This document shows positions 1-10,291 of a stretch of DNA of 64,000 nt, one piece after another. The translations under genes were made by a program, and so were the position numbers. This stretch comes from Nitrospirota bacterium (lineage in GTDB: Bacteria; Nitrospirota; UBA9217), in NCBI GenBank assembly GCA_963796285.1, contig CAWCKW010000012.1:1472001-1536000 (forward strand). The letters run 5' to 3'. How positions within the stretch are numbered: position 1 is the first letter of the stretch; each line of letters starts with the position of its first letter. Below the pieces are notes generated by a model that had not been told where the DNA came from, did no database searches, and saw nothing but the letters and a program-made list of their open reading frames with translations.

Positions 1-1415
1 GCCCGATCGATATCGAAATAGTCGGAGACCTGTTCGGCAAGCACCGACGGAGCAAAGGGCCGGAACGATTCCCGAAATTTTATTTTAAGGTTCATTTGGG
101 CCTGCATCGCAGGCGAGCGCGCATCACCGATAATGCTCCGCGCTCCCAGTGCCCGGGGACCATACTCCATGCGTCCCTGGAACCATCCTATCACTTTTTC
201 ACGCATCAACAAATCGGCGACAACGGCCGGGATCTGCGCTTCCCGATATTTTTCAAAGGGAAGACCGTTCGACGTCAAGAAAGACTCTATCTCTCCACTG
301 TTGAAATCCGGGCCGAGGTACGAGCCTTGTTGCGAATCCTTGCCCGGAACGACCACCCGTTTGCCGTCCAGCACCTGGTGCCATGCAACGAGGGCGGCGC
401 CTAATGCCCCTCCCGCATCGCCGGCCGCGGGCTGTATCCAGAGATCGTCAAATATGCCCGCCCGCAGGATCTTTCCATTCGCGACGCAATTCAAAGCAAC
501 GCCGCCGGCAAGGCAGAGATATTTTTGCCCCGTTTCTTTTCTAATATGCCGGGCCATGCTGAGCATGACCTCCTCGGTTACCTGTTGGACCGATGCCGCC
601 AGGTCCATCTCACGCTGCGTCAAAGCGCTTTCGGGTTTGCGGGGCGCTCCTCCGAACAACGCGTGAAATCGGTCGTTGGTCATCGTGAGTCCGGCGCAAT
701 AATTAAAATAATCCATGTTCAGTTTGAACGATCCATCGCTCTTGAGATCGAGCAGGTGGTCATAGATCGGCTTCACATATTTCGGTTGTCCGTATGGCGC
801 CAGCCCCATCACCTTATACTCGCCGGAGTTCACCTTGAAACCCGTATAGTAGGTGAACGCGGAATACAGCAGACCCAGGGAGTGCGGAAAATGGAGTTCA
901 TGGTGGACCTGCAACCGATTGCCTTTGCCGACGCCCCAACTCGTCGTTGTCCACTCTCCTGCGCCGTCGATCGTTAAAAAAGCGGCCTCTTCAAAGGGCG
1001 AAGGATAAAAAGCGGATGCGGAATGGGATTCATGGTGCTGAGGAAACAGGAGCGTTCCCCGAAATCCCTTCATCTCTTTTTTGATAAACTCGGACATCCA
1101 CAGCTTTTCTTTCAGCCAAAGCGGAAGGGACATTAAAAATGATTTCAGCCCGGCCGGTGCATATGCCAGGTATGTTTCAATAATCCGTTCGAATTTGATC
1201 AGCGGCTTCTCATAAAAAACGACATGGTCCACCGATTCCATGGTGATCCCGCCTGCACGCAGGCAATACGCTATTGCCTGTCTGGGGAAATCAGGGTCAT
1301 GCTTTTTTCGGGTAAACCGCTCCTCCTGCGCTGCGGCAATAATATCACCATCGCGTATGAGGCATGCCGCACTATCATGGTAAAAAGCTGAAATTCCGAT
1401 GATGTTCACGTTCAT
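1..1415 (-). CDS. Carbamoyltransferase, NodU/CmcH family; 3' end runs off the window
   Basis: Not in the ORF track because it is truncated. Manual translation from ATG 1415 gives MNVNIIGISAFYHDSAACL...AAAQEERFTRKKHD; the same frame near the edge reads MNLKIKFRESFRPFAPSVL. Both are NodU-family signatures. Confidence 0.93.
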   Translation of the reverse strand, partial: MNVNIIGISAFYHDSAACLIRDGDIIAAAQEERFTRKKHDPDFPRQAIAYCLRAGGITMESVDHVVFYEKPLIKFERIIETYLAYAPAGLKSFLMSLPLWLKEKLWMSEFIKKEMKGFRGTLLFPQHHESHSASAFYPSPFEEAAFLTIDGAGEWTTTSWGVGKGNRLQVHHELHFPHSLGLLYSAFTYYTGFKVNSGEYKVMGLAPYGQPKYVKPIYDHLLDLKSDGSFKLNMDYFNYCAGLTMTNDRFHALFGGAPRKPESALTQREMDLAASVQQVTEEVMLSMARHIRKETGQKYLCLAGGVALNCVANGKILRAGIFDDLWIQPAAGDAGGALGAALVAWHQVLDGKRVVVPGKDSQQGSYLGPDFNSGEIESFLTSNGLPFEKYREAQIPAVVADLLMREKVIGWFQGRMEYGPRALGARSIIGDARSPAMQAQMNLKIKFRESFRPFAPSVLAEQVSDYFDIDR

Positions 1416-1421
1416 CTGCTC

Positions 1422-2477
1422 CTAATCGCGCAAAATACGTCTTTCTGTCAAGTAGGTAAAGATGCTTTCGGCCGCTATCCGGTGTCCTTCCCTGGTCCAA
1501 TGAGGGTCCCGGGTAAAGTAAATCGGCCGCACACTGCTGTTTCGCAGCACGGGCAAAAGGGGCAAGGTTGGCAACTTTCTTGATTTGCCGTACTCGGTGA
1601 AGGTGTCAGAAAACTTGCCCATATTATTAGTAAAGAACCTATCGTTATATAGGTGTCCAAACCCCTTTTTCTCCCATTCCGTCCGGTCGATCTCAAGACA
1701 GGATGGGATGATGACCACGAGTGCTTTTGCACCTCGCGAGCGTGAGAAATCGCGAATATCAACGAGAAGTCCTTCGGTCCTGCGAAGCGCCCTCTCGAAC
1801 TCGGGACTATAGTGGTCCTGGTAAATAGCCAGAATGTTTTCTAAAATGAATTTTTTTGTGAAGGACTCGGTCAACAGAATCTGGAGCCGTCTCAGATAGG
1901 AGATGAAATAAAAACGATTTTTGAACCTTTGTTTTTTGAATGCCGCCGGTATCCCCTTCATGACATCATCGATGTCGTTGCTGTGCAGGCCGACGATGAC
2001 CAGGTCCGGTTCATATCTCAGCTGAAGTTTACGGAGATAGAGATATTCCTGCTCGGTTCCATACCCTTCAACTCCGGCGTTGATTACTTCATACCTTATA
2101 GCCGTATTACCACGGGACGCTTTGTTCAGCATCGCCTCGAGCAGTTTAGGGTATGATTCCTCGGCATTCACACCAACACCAAACGTAAAGGAATCCCCCA
2201 AGACTAAAATACGATACAGCTTAGGTTCTTTCTTCGCCGGATATTCATGATCGCGCAAGCCCTCCGAATTAATTTTAATAGATACGGAAAAATCGGATGT
2301 TTGATGTGCCATCGTATAATTCGGCACTAATGCATAGCCAAGTTTTTCATCAGGTTGGTGCATCAAGCGCAGCTTGACGCTGTCCGGCATCACCAGCCTC
2401 GTAATTCCTTCAGCCAATAAAAAAAGAACGCATACGGTAACGATCGAGACCAGACAGTTGACAATAATTTTTTTCAA
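1422..2477 (-). CDS. SGNH/GDSL hydrolase family protein with N-terminal membrane anchor
   Basis: Motifs LGDSFTFG, INAGVEGY, HSND and DPHWT. Confidence 0.9.
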   Translation of the reverse strand: MKKIIVNCLVSIVTVCVLFLLAEGITRLVMPDSVKLRLMHQPDEKLGYALVPNYTMAHQTSDFSVSIKINSEGLRDHEYPAKKEPKLYRILVLGDSFTFGVGVNAEESYPKLLEAMLNKASRGNTAIRYEVINAGVEGYGTEQEYLYLRKLQLRYEPDLVIVGLHSNDIDDVMKGIPAAFKKQRFKNRFYFISYLRRLQILLTESFTKKFILENILAIYQDHYSPEFERALRRTEGLLVDIRDFSRSRGAKALVVIIPSCLEIDRTEWEKKGFGHLYNDRFFTNNMGKFSDTFTEYGKSRKLPTLPLLPVLRNSSVRPIYFTRDPHWTREGHRIAAESIFTYLTERRILRD

Positions 2478-2593
2478 AAGAAACTCCCATCCTAAACGAA
2501 CAGAAACAGGAACCGCTGTACGGCATCACTCGGCAACGTTTGCCAACCATCAGGCCGTCCCTTACGCAAGTTTCGTCCGCATATATCGTTCAT

Positions 2594-4189
2594 CTATTGT
2601 TTCCTCCCCGCCACGACCGGATCGTGCATGATCAATCTTTTTAAATAGTCGCCGATCCGTTTCCAGTCCCCGCGGTTCAACGCCTTCCAACCTTTTATAA
2701 CCAATCGAAGCGACTCCCCGACGGCATAGAATAGGCTGTACAGCGGTCCAACTTTGACCCGGGAAAAGAACCTCACGGCACGGTCGCCGATCATGGGGGA
2801 CAATATCCACCGGGGGAAGTGCTGGAACGTGAGCAGATAGATAAGAAAGTTCGGATAGGTCTTTTTCGGGGGAATATAGAAAGGCTTCCGATAGATGTCC
2901 GTCGTCTCATCCTTGATCAGACCCTCGCCGCATGCTTTGTTGTATAGTTCGGTCCCCGGGAAAAAAACAAGGCTTGAGATGCAGAGGCCATAGGGTTTGG
3001 GGATCTTGAAGAGAAGCCTGACGGTATCCAGGATATCATCGGTCGTTTCCCAGGGGTTGTCGATGATGACATGGTAATCCGGCGTCATGATCCTCGAGCG
3101 ATACTTATGCAGCAGATTGGTTACCTCCAGGATCTTTTCATTCGATTCGGGGCGGTGATAGAGTTCCTTGATCTTTTTACTGCCCGTCTGGATGCCCATT
3201 TCAACATAAACCAGGCCCGCATCAATGAGGCATGCGAGCTTTTCCTCGGTCAGGGTCGTGGGACTGGCCTGGCAGTAAAAAGGGAGACCGATCTTTTCCC
3301 TGTAGAGAGCGGAGAATTGCTCGATCTGCTTGAACGGTCTGGCAAAAAAGGTATCATCGAAGAATTGGACGACCTCGACAAAAGGAAACTTGTTCTTCAT
3401 GGTAACCAGTTCATCAATGACATTGCCTATACTTCTGGCCCGCAGGAACGGCGTTCCCTCATCCCGGTACATCTCTTTGATGTTGGACATGTTGCAGTAA
3501 GCGCATTTGTGGGGACATCCCCGGTCGGTCATCGTCCTGAAGGCAGTCTTCAAGGAACCGTCGAAATAGGGCAGCACCGGCAGCGTTTTTTTGAAAATGT
3601 CATCGGTCAAGGGCACGATGTCGCGGCTCTCCCGCGCATAGATATAATGGCCCTCGTTTGAAAAGTCGAAATGCGGCAGTACATCAAGGTCTCTGATCAG
3701 GGGCCGGTGTCCGTTCCGGACGATCTCCTCACCCTTCCTGGACCATACCCCTCGCACTCCGTGCAGGTCTCCTCCGCCCGACATCCTCTCGAAAAGCTCA
3801 AGGAGAGCGTCTTCGCCCTCTCCTACGCAGACCATGTCGGCATATTCCAGACATTCCTCGGGCTTGCACGACGGATGGATCCCGCCCCAGATCACGGGGA
3901 CCTTAAGGGATTTCTTTATTGCCTGGGTGACCGTTATCGCCCTGTCATAATAGTTCGACATGAACGAGACACCGATAAGGTCCGAGTCCCTGCAGAGGTC
4001 CGTGATCTGATCAAGGGTCTCGCGGTTGTAGGTGTAGACGAACGTGCCGCCTTCCTTGAGCAGGCCGATGCTGCCGGGCAAAAATACGATCTGCGTTTGA
4101 TGTCCCTTGCTCCTCAGGTATGAGGATAGCGCTCGTACGCCGAAGGAACTTATATCGGGCGGAGTTGGCGCCAGTAGTGTCATTTTCAT
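2594..4189 (-). CDS. Cobalamin-dependent (class B) radical SAM protein
   Basis: N-terminal B12-binding domain (VIWGGIHPS, GEGE), RGCPHKCAYC CxxxCxxC motif, FDDTF, MGIQTGS. Confidence 0.92.
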   Translation of the reverse strand: MKMTLLAPTPPDISSFGVRALSSYLRSKGHQTQIVFLPGSIGLLKEGGTFVYTYNRETLDQITDLCRDSDLIGVSFMSNYYDRAITVTQAIKKSLKVPVIWGGIHPSCKPEECLEYADMVCVGEGEDALLELFERMSGGGDLHGVRGVWSRKGEEIVRNGHRPLIRDLDVLPHFDFSNEGHYIYARESRDIVPLTDDIFKKTLPVLPYFDGSLKTAFRTMTDRGCPHKCAYCNMSNIKEMYRDEGTPFLRARSIGNVIDELVTMKNKFPFVEVVQFFDDTFFARPFKQIEQFSALYREKIGLPFYCQASPTTLTEEKLACLIDAGLVYVEMGIQTGSKKIKELYHRPESNEKILEVTNLLHKYRSRIMTPDYHVIIDNPWETTDDILDTVRLLFKIPKPYGLCISSLVFFPGTELYNKACGEGLIKDETTDIYRKPFYIPPKKTYPNFLIYLLTFQHFPRWILSPMIGDRAVRFFSRVKVGPLYSLFYAVGESLRLVIKGWKALNRGDWKRIGDYLKRLIMHDPVVAGRKQ

Positions 4190-4192
4190 AGC

Positions 4193-4406
4193 TTATTTCC
4201 CCTTGGAGATGTTGCCTGTACCTTTCAGCGCGCGCGTGCGTCTTTTTTTTATCACCTGATAAATCTTTTTCACAAGGAACTGCGGATCGTTCCTGAGCAA
4301 TGTCCCTGAGAACGGCCGCAATATACCCCAAATCCGAGTGGAAAATAGGGCGACTGGCCGACCCCTTCGATCGAGTGTAAGGAGACCTTATTAACAGAAC
4401 TTTCAT
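4193..4406 (-). pseudogene. Internally deleted remnant of a probable second B12 radical SAM gene
   Basis: ATG overlaps the upstream stop (ATGA). N-terminus MKVLLIRSPY...LGYIAAVL is typical of class B radical SAM starts. It is joined out of frame to a C-terminal-like tail (LLRNDPQFLVKKIYQVIKK...KGK*). Confidence 0.6.
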
Positions 4407-5371
4407 GGTTTCCTTTCTCCAGCTAAGAGAAACGGGGTGTCTCCCTGTTCTTCCATGAACCTCCTTAACGCGAGAAACGTCAGGTAATGGCACGGATATT
4501 TTACCACGTAGGGTTCAAATCGCGAAATAAAAAGCTCCACATTCTGCTGAATGTATCTGGCATCGTGACCCCGCAGCAGTTGCAAGGGGGAGTCTATTAT
4601 CATTGTGTGGATTCCGTCATCGTTCCGTATCATGAAAACGGGGAGCACGGAACACTCCACTCTCATAGCCAGCTCCAGTGCCCCCGTGGGAAATAACGCC
4701 TTCTTTCCAAGAAAATCCACTTCGATCCTGTTCTTGCCCCCCCCGCCGTCTACGGCAATGCCGAGGACTTCATTGTTTTTCAGCGCGACAAAGGCGCTTT
4801 TCAGAGAGCCGAAGATATTTATATGTTTGACCGGCAAAGACAGTTCCTGCTGCCATCTAAGCTCCAGTGCTTTTTTCCCCATAGGGCTGAACTTCTTGTT
4901 CGGTAACTTTTCCACCCAGACCGTCGGAGGTGCGCTCAGTTGACTCATTCTGTATCCCTTGTATCCGACAGCGGGCATGATCATCTGGTTGGCGCCGAAA
5001 TGGGCGAAAAGCAGCATTGCGCCTTTTCCTGATGACAGGGCATTATCCAGATGCTCCATTCCCTCGTATCTGACAAAAGAACCGATATTTTCCCGGCTCA
5101 TCGTAGGAAAGAGCAGGACCTCCAGTTCGTTCTGCAGCCAAATGGAAAAAGTCTTCTTTACCACCGCCTTCGCGTCTCTGTCAAATATGATCTCACTGAA
5201 TACTTCGCGGTACTCCTGTTCTAATTGCCTTCGTTTCCCCCGCGAAAGGGAATAATAAACTCTACTCATCATCCTGGCGATCGCATAGGAACAGCTCACG
5301 GGGATACGGCGGATGCACAACCTGAAGGGGTACCAGTATAGCCACAACAAAAGGTCTCTAAGAATGCCCAT
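4403..5371 (-). CDS. Lysophospholipid/lipid A-type acyltransferase (LpxL/HtrB-like family)
   Basis: EGMEHLDNAL..GKGAMLLFAHFG and EVDFLGKKALFPTG..LA match the Lip_A_acyltrans pattern. Confidence 0.85.
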   Translation of the reverse strand: MGILRDLLLWLYWYPFRLCIRRIPVSCSYAIARMMSRVYYSLSRGKRRQLEQEYREVFSEIIFDRDAKAVVKKTFSIWLQNELEVLLFPTMSRENIGSFVRYEGMEHLDNALSSGKGAMLLFAHFGANQMIMPAVGYKGYRMSQLSAPPTVWVEKLPNKKFSPMGKKALELRWQQELSLPVKHINIFGSLKSAFVALKNNEVLGIAVDGGGGKNRIEVDFLGKKALFPTGALELAMRVECSVLPVFMIRNDDGIHTMIIDSPLQLLRGHDARYIQQNVELFISRFEPYVVKYPCHYLTFLALRRFMEEQGDTPFLLAGERKP

Positions 5372-6985
5372 TTATTCTAGATAGCCGAGATCCCTAAGTT
5401 TTTCCGAGATCTTTCGGTCTTCGTCTTCCGAGAGTGATGCAGCCGGCGATTCCTGAGTATGCACGTCTGATGAGAAGCGTACGGGGTGTTTCAACAAAAA
5501 GGCTTCATTCATTGATTCTTCAAGCACTCTTCCATCCATGTATTCCGGGATTGCTTCATCCAATAAATGGAGCACCGTAGGCGCGACATCGATGATTCTG
5601 CATCCCTGTATCTCCTTATTTCTCCTGGTCGGCGGGCCCTGAACGATAAAGATCCCATCGTGTTCATGCCTGCCCGACCATCGGTGGGACAGAAACAGGC
5701 TGTTCTCAAAATCTTTTTTAAAAAAGAGAAACTCATTCGGGGCAATGATTTGATACCCGCCCTCGCAGACCACGATCAGATCCGGAGCGAGCTGTGTATG
5801 GTCTCCACTATAGATCTCATCGCGCCGATGTACGGCTTTGATAACTTTTCCCCCGCTGTCATCTCTTACATCAAGCAGGGCGCTTCTGATCTTCTCAATC
5901 GTTTCATGATAGCGGTCCGGTCCGACCATCTGGGTATTGATGAAGATGCCGCCCCCGACGCCTTCGGAAAAGGCAATAGTTCGATTCCAGTCTATGAGCG
6001 AGGGGAACCGGTTGATATCGTCTTTGTCGGAATCCGTCACGCCTGATACGACCTTTCCCTGACCGACGAAACGCTTGATCACCCTCGCCAGGCGAGTCCT
6101 GATCCCTGACGTACTCTTGAAGGCATGGGAAAAATCCTGGTTCAAGAAGAGATAACCGTTCTTCTGCAGCCATAAGTTCAGGAAGAAGGCTGTATTCAAT
6201 GGGCCCGATCCGTGGTCGGAGACCATCACAATGGTGGCATCCTCTCCGGCCTGAGCAATCAGGCGGCCCAACGATTCATCCATTTTCTCGTACACTGTTG
6301 CTATTGCATCACCATATTTCTTATGCTCTGGATGGGAGGGGTCAAGGTATTTCCAGTAGAAATGTTGTGCCCGGTCAGAAGACATGAATACACAAAAAAA
6401 GTAGTCCCATTCGTATTTGTCCATAAGATAGGACGCGATCTTTTCCCGGAACGACACATCGATGGAAAGGATCGACTTCAGATATGCGCCGGGAGATCCG
6501 CTCTGCTTGCATTCGATCGAGTAGTGCCCGAATTTCCCGGACAATTCGTCTTTTAACTCCGGGGGATACATGAAGTTATCTGCGCCCTCGGGTGTAAACA
6601 TGCCGGGTATGACGAAACCATTCACTTCATCGGGAGGGTAGGTCACTGGAACGTTCATTACCCCTACCTTTTTCCCCCGTTCGCTCAGCAGCGACCAGAG
6701 GGGCTTGGTCTTTCTCATGGAGGCATTGATGAAATTGATCTTTTTCTTCTCCCAGGAGAAGAGCATGGCATCAAAGACAGCGTGCTTCCCGGGATTCACA
6801 CCAGTGCTCATCGAGGTCCAGGCCGTAGGAGTCAAGGCCGGGATGGTCGATTCCATCCTCCCCCATACGCCGTTTTTCATGAGGTTTGCCACATTCGGCA
6901 GGCGACCTGCAGCGACCATCGGCCCGATAATATCAAACGTAGCACCATCCCAGCCGACCATCAATATTTTTGACCTGTCTGTCAT
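5372..6985 (-). CDS. Alkaline phosphatase superfamily protein (type I phosphodiesterase/nucleotide pyrophosphatase-like)
   Basis: GWDGAT, STIPALTPTAWTS, VSDHG, GRHE..GIF, C-terminal LRDLGYL. Confidence 0.88.
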   Translation of the reverse strand: MTDRSKILMVGWDGATFDIIGPMVAAGRLPNVANLMKNGVWGRMESTIPALTPTAWTSMSTGVNPGKHAVFDAMLFSWEKKKINFINASMRKTKPLWSLLSERGKKVGVMNVPVTYPPDEVNGFVIPGMFTPEGADNFMYPPELKDELSGKFGHYSIECKQSGSPGAYLKSILSIDVSFREKIASYLMDKYEWDYFFCVFMSSDRAQHFYWKYLDPSHPEHKKYGDAIATVYEKMDESLGRLIAQAGEDATIVMVSDHGSGPLNTAFFLNLWLQKNGYLFLNQDFSHAFKSTSGIRTRLARVIKRFVGQGKVVSGVTDSDKDDINRFPSLIDWNRTIAFSEGVGGGIFINTQMVGPDRYHETIEKIRSALLDVRDDSGGKVIKAVHRRDEIYSGDHTQLAPDLIVVCEGGYQIIAPNEFLFFKKDFENSLFLSHRWSGRHEHDGIFIVQGPPTRRNKEIQGCRIIDVAPTVLHLLDEAIPEYMDGRVLEESMNEAFLLKHPVRFSSDVHTQESPAASLSEDEDRKISEKLRDLGYLE

Positions 6986-8442
6986 TCCTGTCTCCTCCTG
7001 GTGGGTATGGAACGGATCATGCCTTTAATAAAAGAGACCTCATCCACGGTAACGACGCGAGTGACCATGATAATGCCCAGAAATAATATCATTCCCGCGA
7101 GTGCGGCAGCCAGAACCGATAGTGGTTTGAGAAGAACAATCGCTGTTACGCTGATAAGAACGGTTGCGAGCATCTTCACGATGGTTCTATCGAGCCGTAC
7201 GCGCAGACCGTTCTGTCCCACGAAATACAATGAGCAGAGAAAGAGTACTGTGTAGGAAAGCACCGATAGATAGGAAGCGGCGACATAGCCGTGCGAAGGG
7301 ATAAAGATCACGGCAAGCAGCGAATTCATTGCCAGGGTTACGCCGGCATATATCACACTATATTTCTGTTTGTGCATCGCAATCAGCACAACATTGAGAA
7401 ACATATCCATGGTAAGGGGAATGATCGCCCAGGACACGATCGTCAAAGCCGTGACCGAGTGAATGTATTTACTGCCGTACACTATTCCAATAATCTCGCT
7501 TGAAAAAAGTGAGATATTCATGCCGCAGAAGATGCTTCCGACCAACAAGAATCTGAATATTTTTTCATACAATAGGGCTAACTTCTCCGGATCGGTGTTC
7601 ATCAGACGCGAAAAAACGGGAAATAACGCCATTACCAAGGACATCGGCACTATCTGTAGCTGCATAATGAGGCTGTGGGGCGCCTGGAAATAAGAGACAT
7701 CGCTGATAGTTCCAAACCACTTCAGCATCAATACGTTTATTTTAAAAAGGTTCTGGTAAAAAAATATTCCAACTCCTATCACAACGGAATCCTTGAGGAA
7801 CTTTTTGAAGACGGCCCTTTCTACGGTAAAAGCTGGACGGACAAACTTTCGCGAAAGGATAAGGGAGGACAGAGCCAGCTGTGTCAGGTTAGCAAAGGCA
7901 GGAGCGATAAAAAGCCAGACAAATCCCATATCAAAGGTGATAACTGCCGCGATGCCGATCGAAAGAACAAGACCGTTCATAAGAGCGATGAACGGTTCGT
8001 AGATCATTTTTTCGAATGCCTGAAATACGGACTTGGAAAGCATGCTGAACGACAGGAAGAATTCAGACGCAATAGCGATAAGGCCCGCAGCCAGGAGAAG
8101 GCCTCTCAATGCCATAACATACATGGAGATACACAGCGCCAGGACTGCAATGACCGACAGGAGGGTCCGCAGTTCTATAGCGGCACCGAGGATCTGGGCC
8201 GCCAACGTATTATCGTTTGCAATCTCCCTTATCAAGACAGACTGGATCCCGAAATAGGCCAGCGCCATGATTGAGGAGACAAAAGCGAGGATGTAGGAAT
8301 ACTCGCCGTATTGGTCCACGGAAAGATATCGTGCCACAACAACAACGACGAAGAAGGAGGACGCGATCTGTATGCCGCGAGAGAGCAGAATGAAGACGGA
8401 GTTCTTTAATATTTTTGTCGATGAAACGTCTTTCTGTTCCAC
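6982..8442 (-). CDS. wzx: Polysaccharide flippase (Wzx, MOP superfamily)
   Basis: About 14 hydrophobic segments, ARYLS...YGEYS and LFPVFSR motifs, position in the polysaccharide locus. Confidence 0.88.
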   Translation of the reverse strand: MEQKDVSSTKILKNSVFILLSRGIQIASSFFVVVVVARYLSVDQYGEYSYILAFVSSIMALAYFGIQSVLIREIANDNTLAAQILGAAIELRTLLSVIAVLALCISMYVMALRGLLLAAGLIAIASEFFLSFSMLSKSVFQAFEKMIYEPFIALMNGLVLSIGIAAVITFDMGFVWLFIAPAFANLTQLALSSLILSRKFVRPAFTVERAVFKKFLKDSVVIGVGIFFYQNLFKINVLMLKWFGTISDVSYFQAPHSLIMQLQIVPMSLVMALFPVFSRLMNTDPEKLALLYEKIFRFLLVGSIFCGMNISLFSSEIIGIVYGSKYIHSVTALTIVSWAIIPLTMDMFLNVVLIAMHKQKYSVIYAGVTLAMNSLLAVIFIPSHGYVAASYLSVLSYTVLFLCSLYFVGQNGLRVRLDRTIVKMLATVLISVTAIVLLKPLSVLAAALAGMILFLGIIMVTRVVTVDEVSFIKGMIRSIPTRRRQE

Positions 8443-8531
8443 AGCAGGCCATCCTTTGTCCCGCGCCGGCAGCTCCTCGCCACAAACGAGCAGGTCTGTA
8501 AGTACCGACTACACGGTCCTCGAATAAGTTA

Positions 8532-10277
8532 TTAGTAACTCACCTCGAGGAATTGCGGTGCATTGACTGCTTCGAGCACGATGGACTGGTTTGGCGCCAG
8601 GTACATTACTCTGCCATTGAGACTGGTCAACGCCATGGACACCGGCTTACGGCTAAAGGCAAGGGTATAGTTGACCGTTTGTCCGTCAAGAGCCACACTT
8701 TGACCCTTCTGATATTTCAAGGGTTTAAAAAAAACAAACAGCTCCTTGTTCCCTGCTTGAAATTTTTCGATCCACGCCTCGTTCTCTGCGTCGAATGCCC
8801 CACTGATATGGGCTGCATAGTGGAACTCGTTCAGTTTCGAAATCAGAAGACCCGCTGCCCTGACCGTTCTTGTAGAGGAGCCGTCCGGTTTCATGGAAGC
8901 GAACAAAAATTCTCCCATGCTGCCTCTCGGGCCGATCTTGAGCGGAATAATTCCCCTTAACACATACCGTCCGTTGATCATCAGAGTACGCTTAATCAGC
9001 AGTTCCTGGACAGTGTAAGCAGCGGTGAGCATGTCATCCTCGTCCGAAATAAACGGCGTCAACCGGGACGTAACGTTGATATGTTCGGTGTCGATTATCA
9101 TCCTGTCGGACCATCCGTTTGCATCGAGTCTTTTACGGATTTCGAGTATGCCTTCCGGCCCTGCGTATTTGTTCTCAGCGGCCCTTCTCGTTGGAGGCAG
9201 CGCGATCTTATTGACCTCGACTGTAGGATAACCATGGAACGCCCAGAAATCGAACCTCGCGTTGTTTCTCTTGTCCAAAAAATATTCTATCTGGCCGATC
9301 GATTTGTCGTCTCGCACCGTTCCTTCCCAGTATTCAAAACCCGGCGTGCCCACCATGATCTCCGGATATTTCCCCTTGATGCGCTCATAGACCCTGTTTT
9401 GCAGCTCCGCTAACTGTTCCTTGGTCCCTTTCCACCAGGATCCAGGCGAGTTGATCAATTCCAAATACCTGATATTTGCATCGGTCTTATATCGTGAAAT
9501 GAACCAATCAATAAAATTAACGTAGCGCTCGATATCCGGGGACGTAACAGGTCTCATATGATCATGTGTTATCATCGGGATCATACTCCACCCATTTTCC
9601 CTGAACAGTTTCACGACATCGTCCACGTTGTAACTCTTTACGCAGTTAACCGGTGACGGCAGGCAGACAGTGGGCAAATATGTTTTCCCATCCTCGGTAG
9701 AAAAAAAGCCTATTTGGAATCGGACCTTCAGATACCGCACCGGCAATATACTGTTCAGTGCGTCTCTCGCGATCGTACCAAGATACCCGGGATACACTTC
9801 GGTGCCCCACAGAAAGTTATCGGCATCGAGGCCGCTGCCTGTGGCGATTCCAAGCTGTCTCGGGGCCGAGGCCGGATTCGGCTGGGGCGCTATGGCGGCA
9901 TCCTTAACGGGACTACTTCCTCCTTGCCTCGCGTTATCCAACCTGCGTATTGCCTCCGCAACCGCAGGTGCGGCTTGATTATAATCTCCGCTCTGGATCA
10001 GCATCTCAATTCTTTTCGCTTCCTGGGGAGACAGGATCTCGTGCGCAGGCATGTGATTCTGGACCATCGCCTTTACGAGGGTCACCAGCTTTTGATAATG
10101 GACTGCAACATTCGCAGGAATTGTCGGCGACGCCATCTCTTCCCTGAGCAACTCCGAAATGGAATGGTCGATGTCAAGCGGGGGGCGATCATCACGTCTT
10201 TGCGCCATTGCTTGATCGTGAGTTATGATGATAAACGACATCACACCGAGCAGCAGGAATAACCGCGCCTTTTTCAT
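8532..10277 (-). CDS. Exported protein with clan-A glycoside hydrolase-like (GH39/GH5-like) fold
   Basis: Signal peptide; YLELINSP, DFWAFHGY and IIDTEH resemble the GH-A strand 4, 6 and 7 motifs. Confidence 0.55.
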   Translation of the reverse strand: MKKARLFLLLGVMSFIIITHDQAMAQRRDDRPPLDIDHSISELLREEMASPTIPANVAVHYQKLVTLVKAMVQNHMPAHEILSPQEAKRIEMLIQSGDYNQAAPAVAEAIRRLDNARQGGSSPVKDAAIAPQPNPASAPRQLGIATGSGLDADNFLWGTEVYPGYLGTIARDALNSILPVRYLKVRFQIGFFSTEDGKTYLPTVCLPSPVNCVKSYNVDDVVKLFRENGWSMIPMITHDHMRPVTSPDIERYVNFIDWFISRYKTDANIRYLELINSPGSWWKGTKEQLAELQNRVYERIKGKYPEIMVGTPGFEYWEGTVRDDKSIGQIEYFLDKRNNARFDFWAFHGYPTVEVNKIALPPTRRAAENKYAGPEGILEIRKRLDANGWSDRMIIDTEHINVTSRLTPFISDEDDMLTAAYTVQELLIKRTLMINGRYVLRGIIPLKIGPRGSMGEFLFASMKPDGSSTRTVRAAGLLISKLNEFHYAAHISGAFDAENEAWIEKFQAGNKELFVFFKPLKYQKGQSVALDGQTVNYTLAFSRKPVSMALTSLNGRVMYLAPNQSIVLEAVNAPQFLEVSY

Positions 10278-10291
10278 AGATCATCCATTTC

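Noticed and set aside
96-977. Plus-strand ORFs at the window start, and the many other antisense ORFs in the track
   Set aside because: They are shadows of well-supported genes on the opposite strand (here the carbamoyltransferase).
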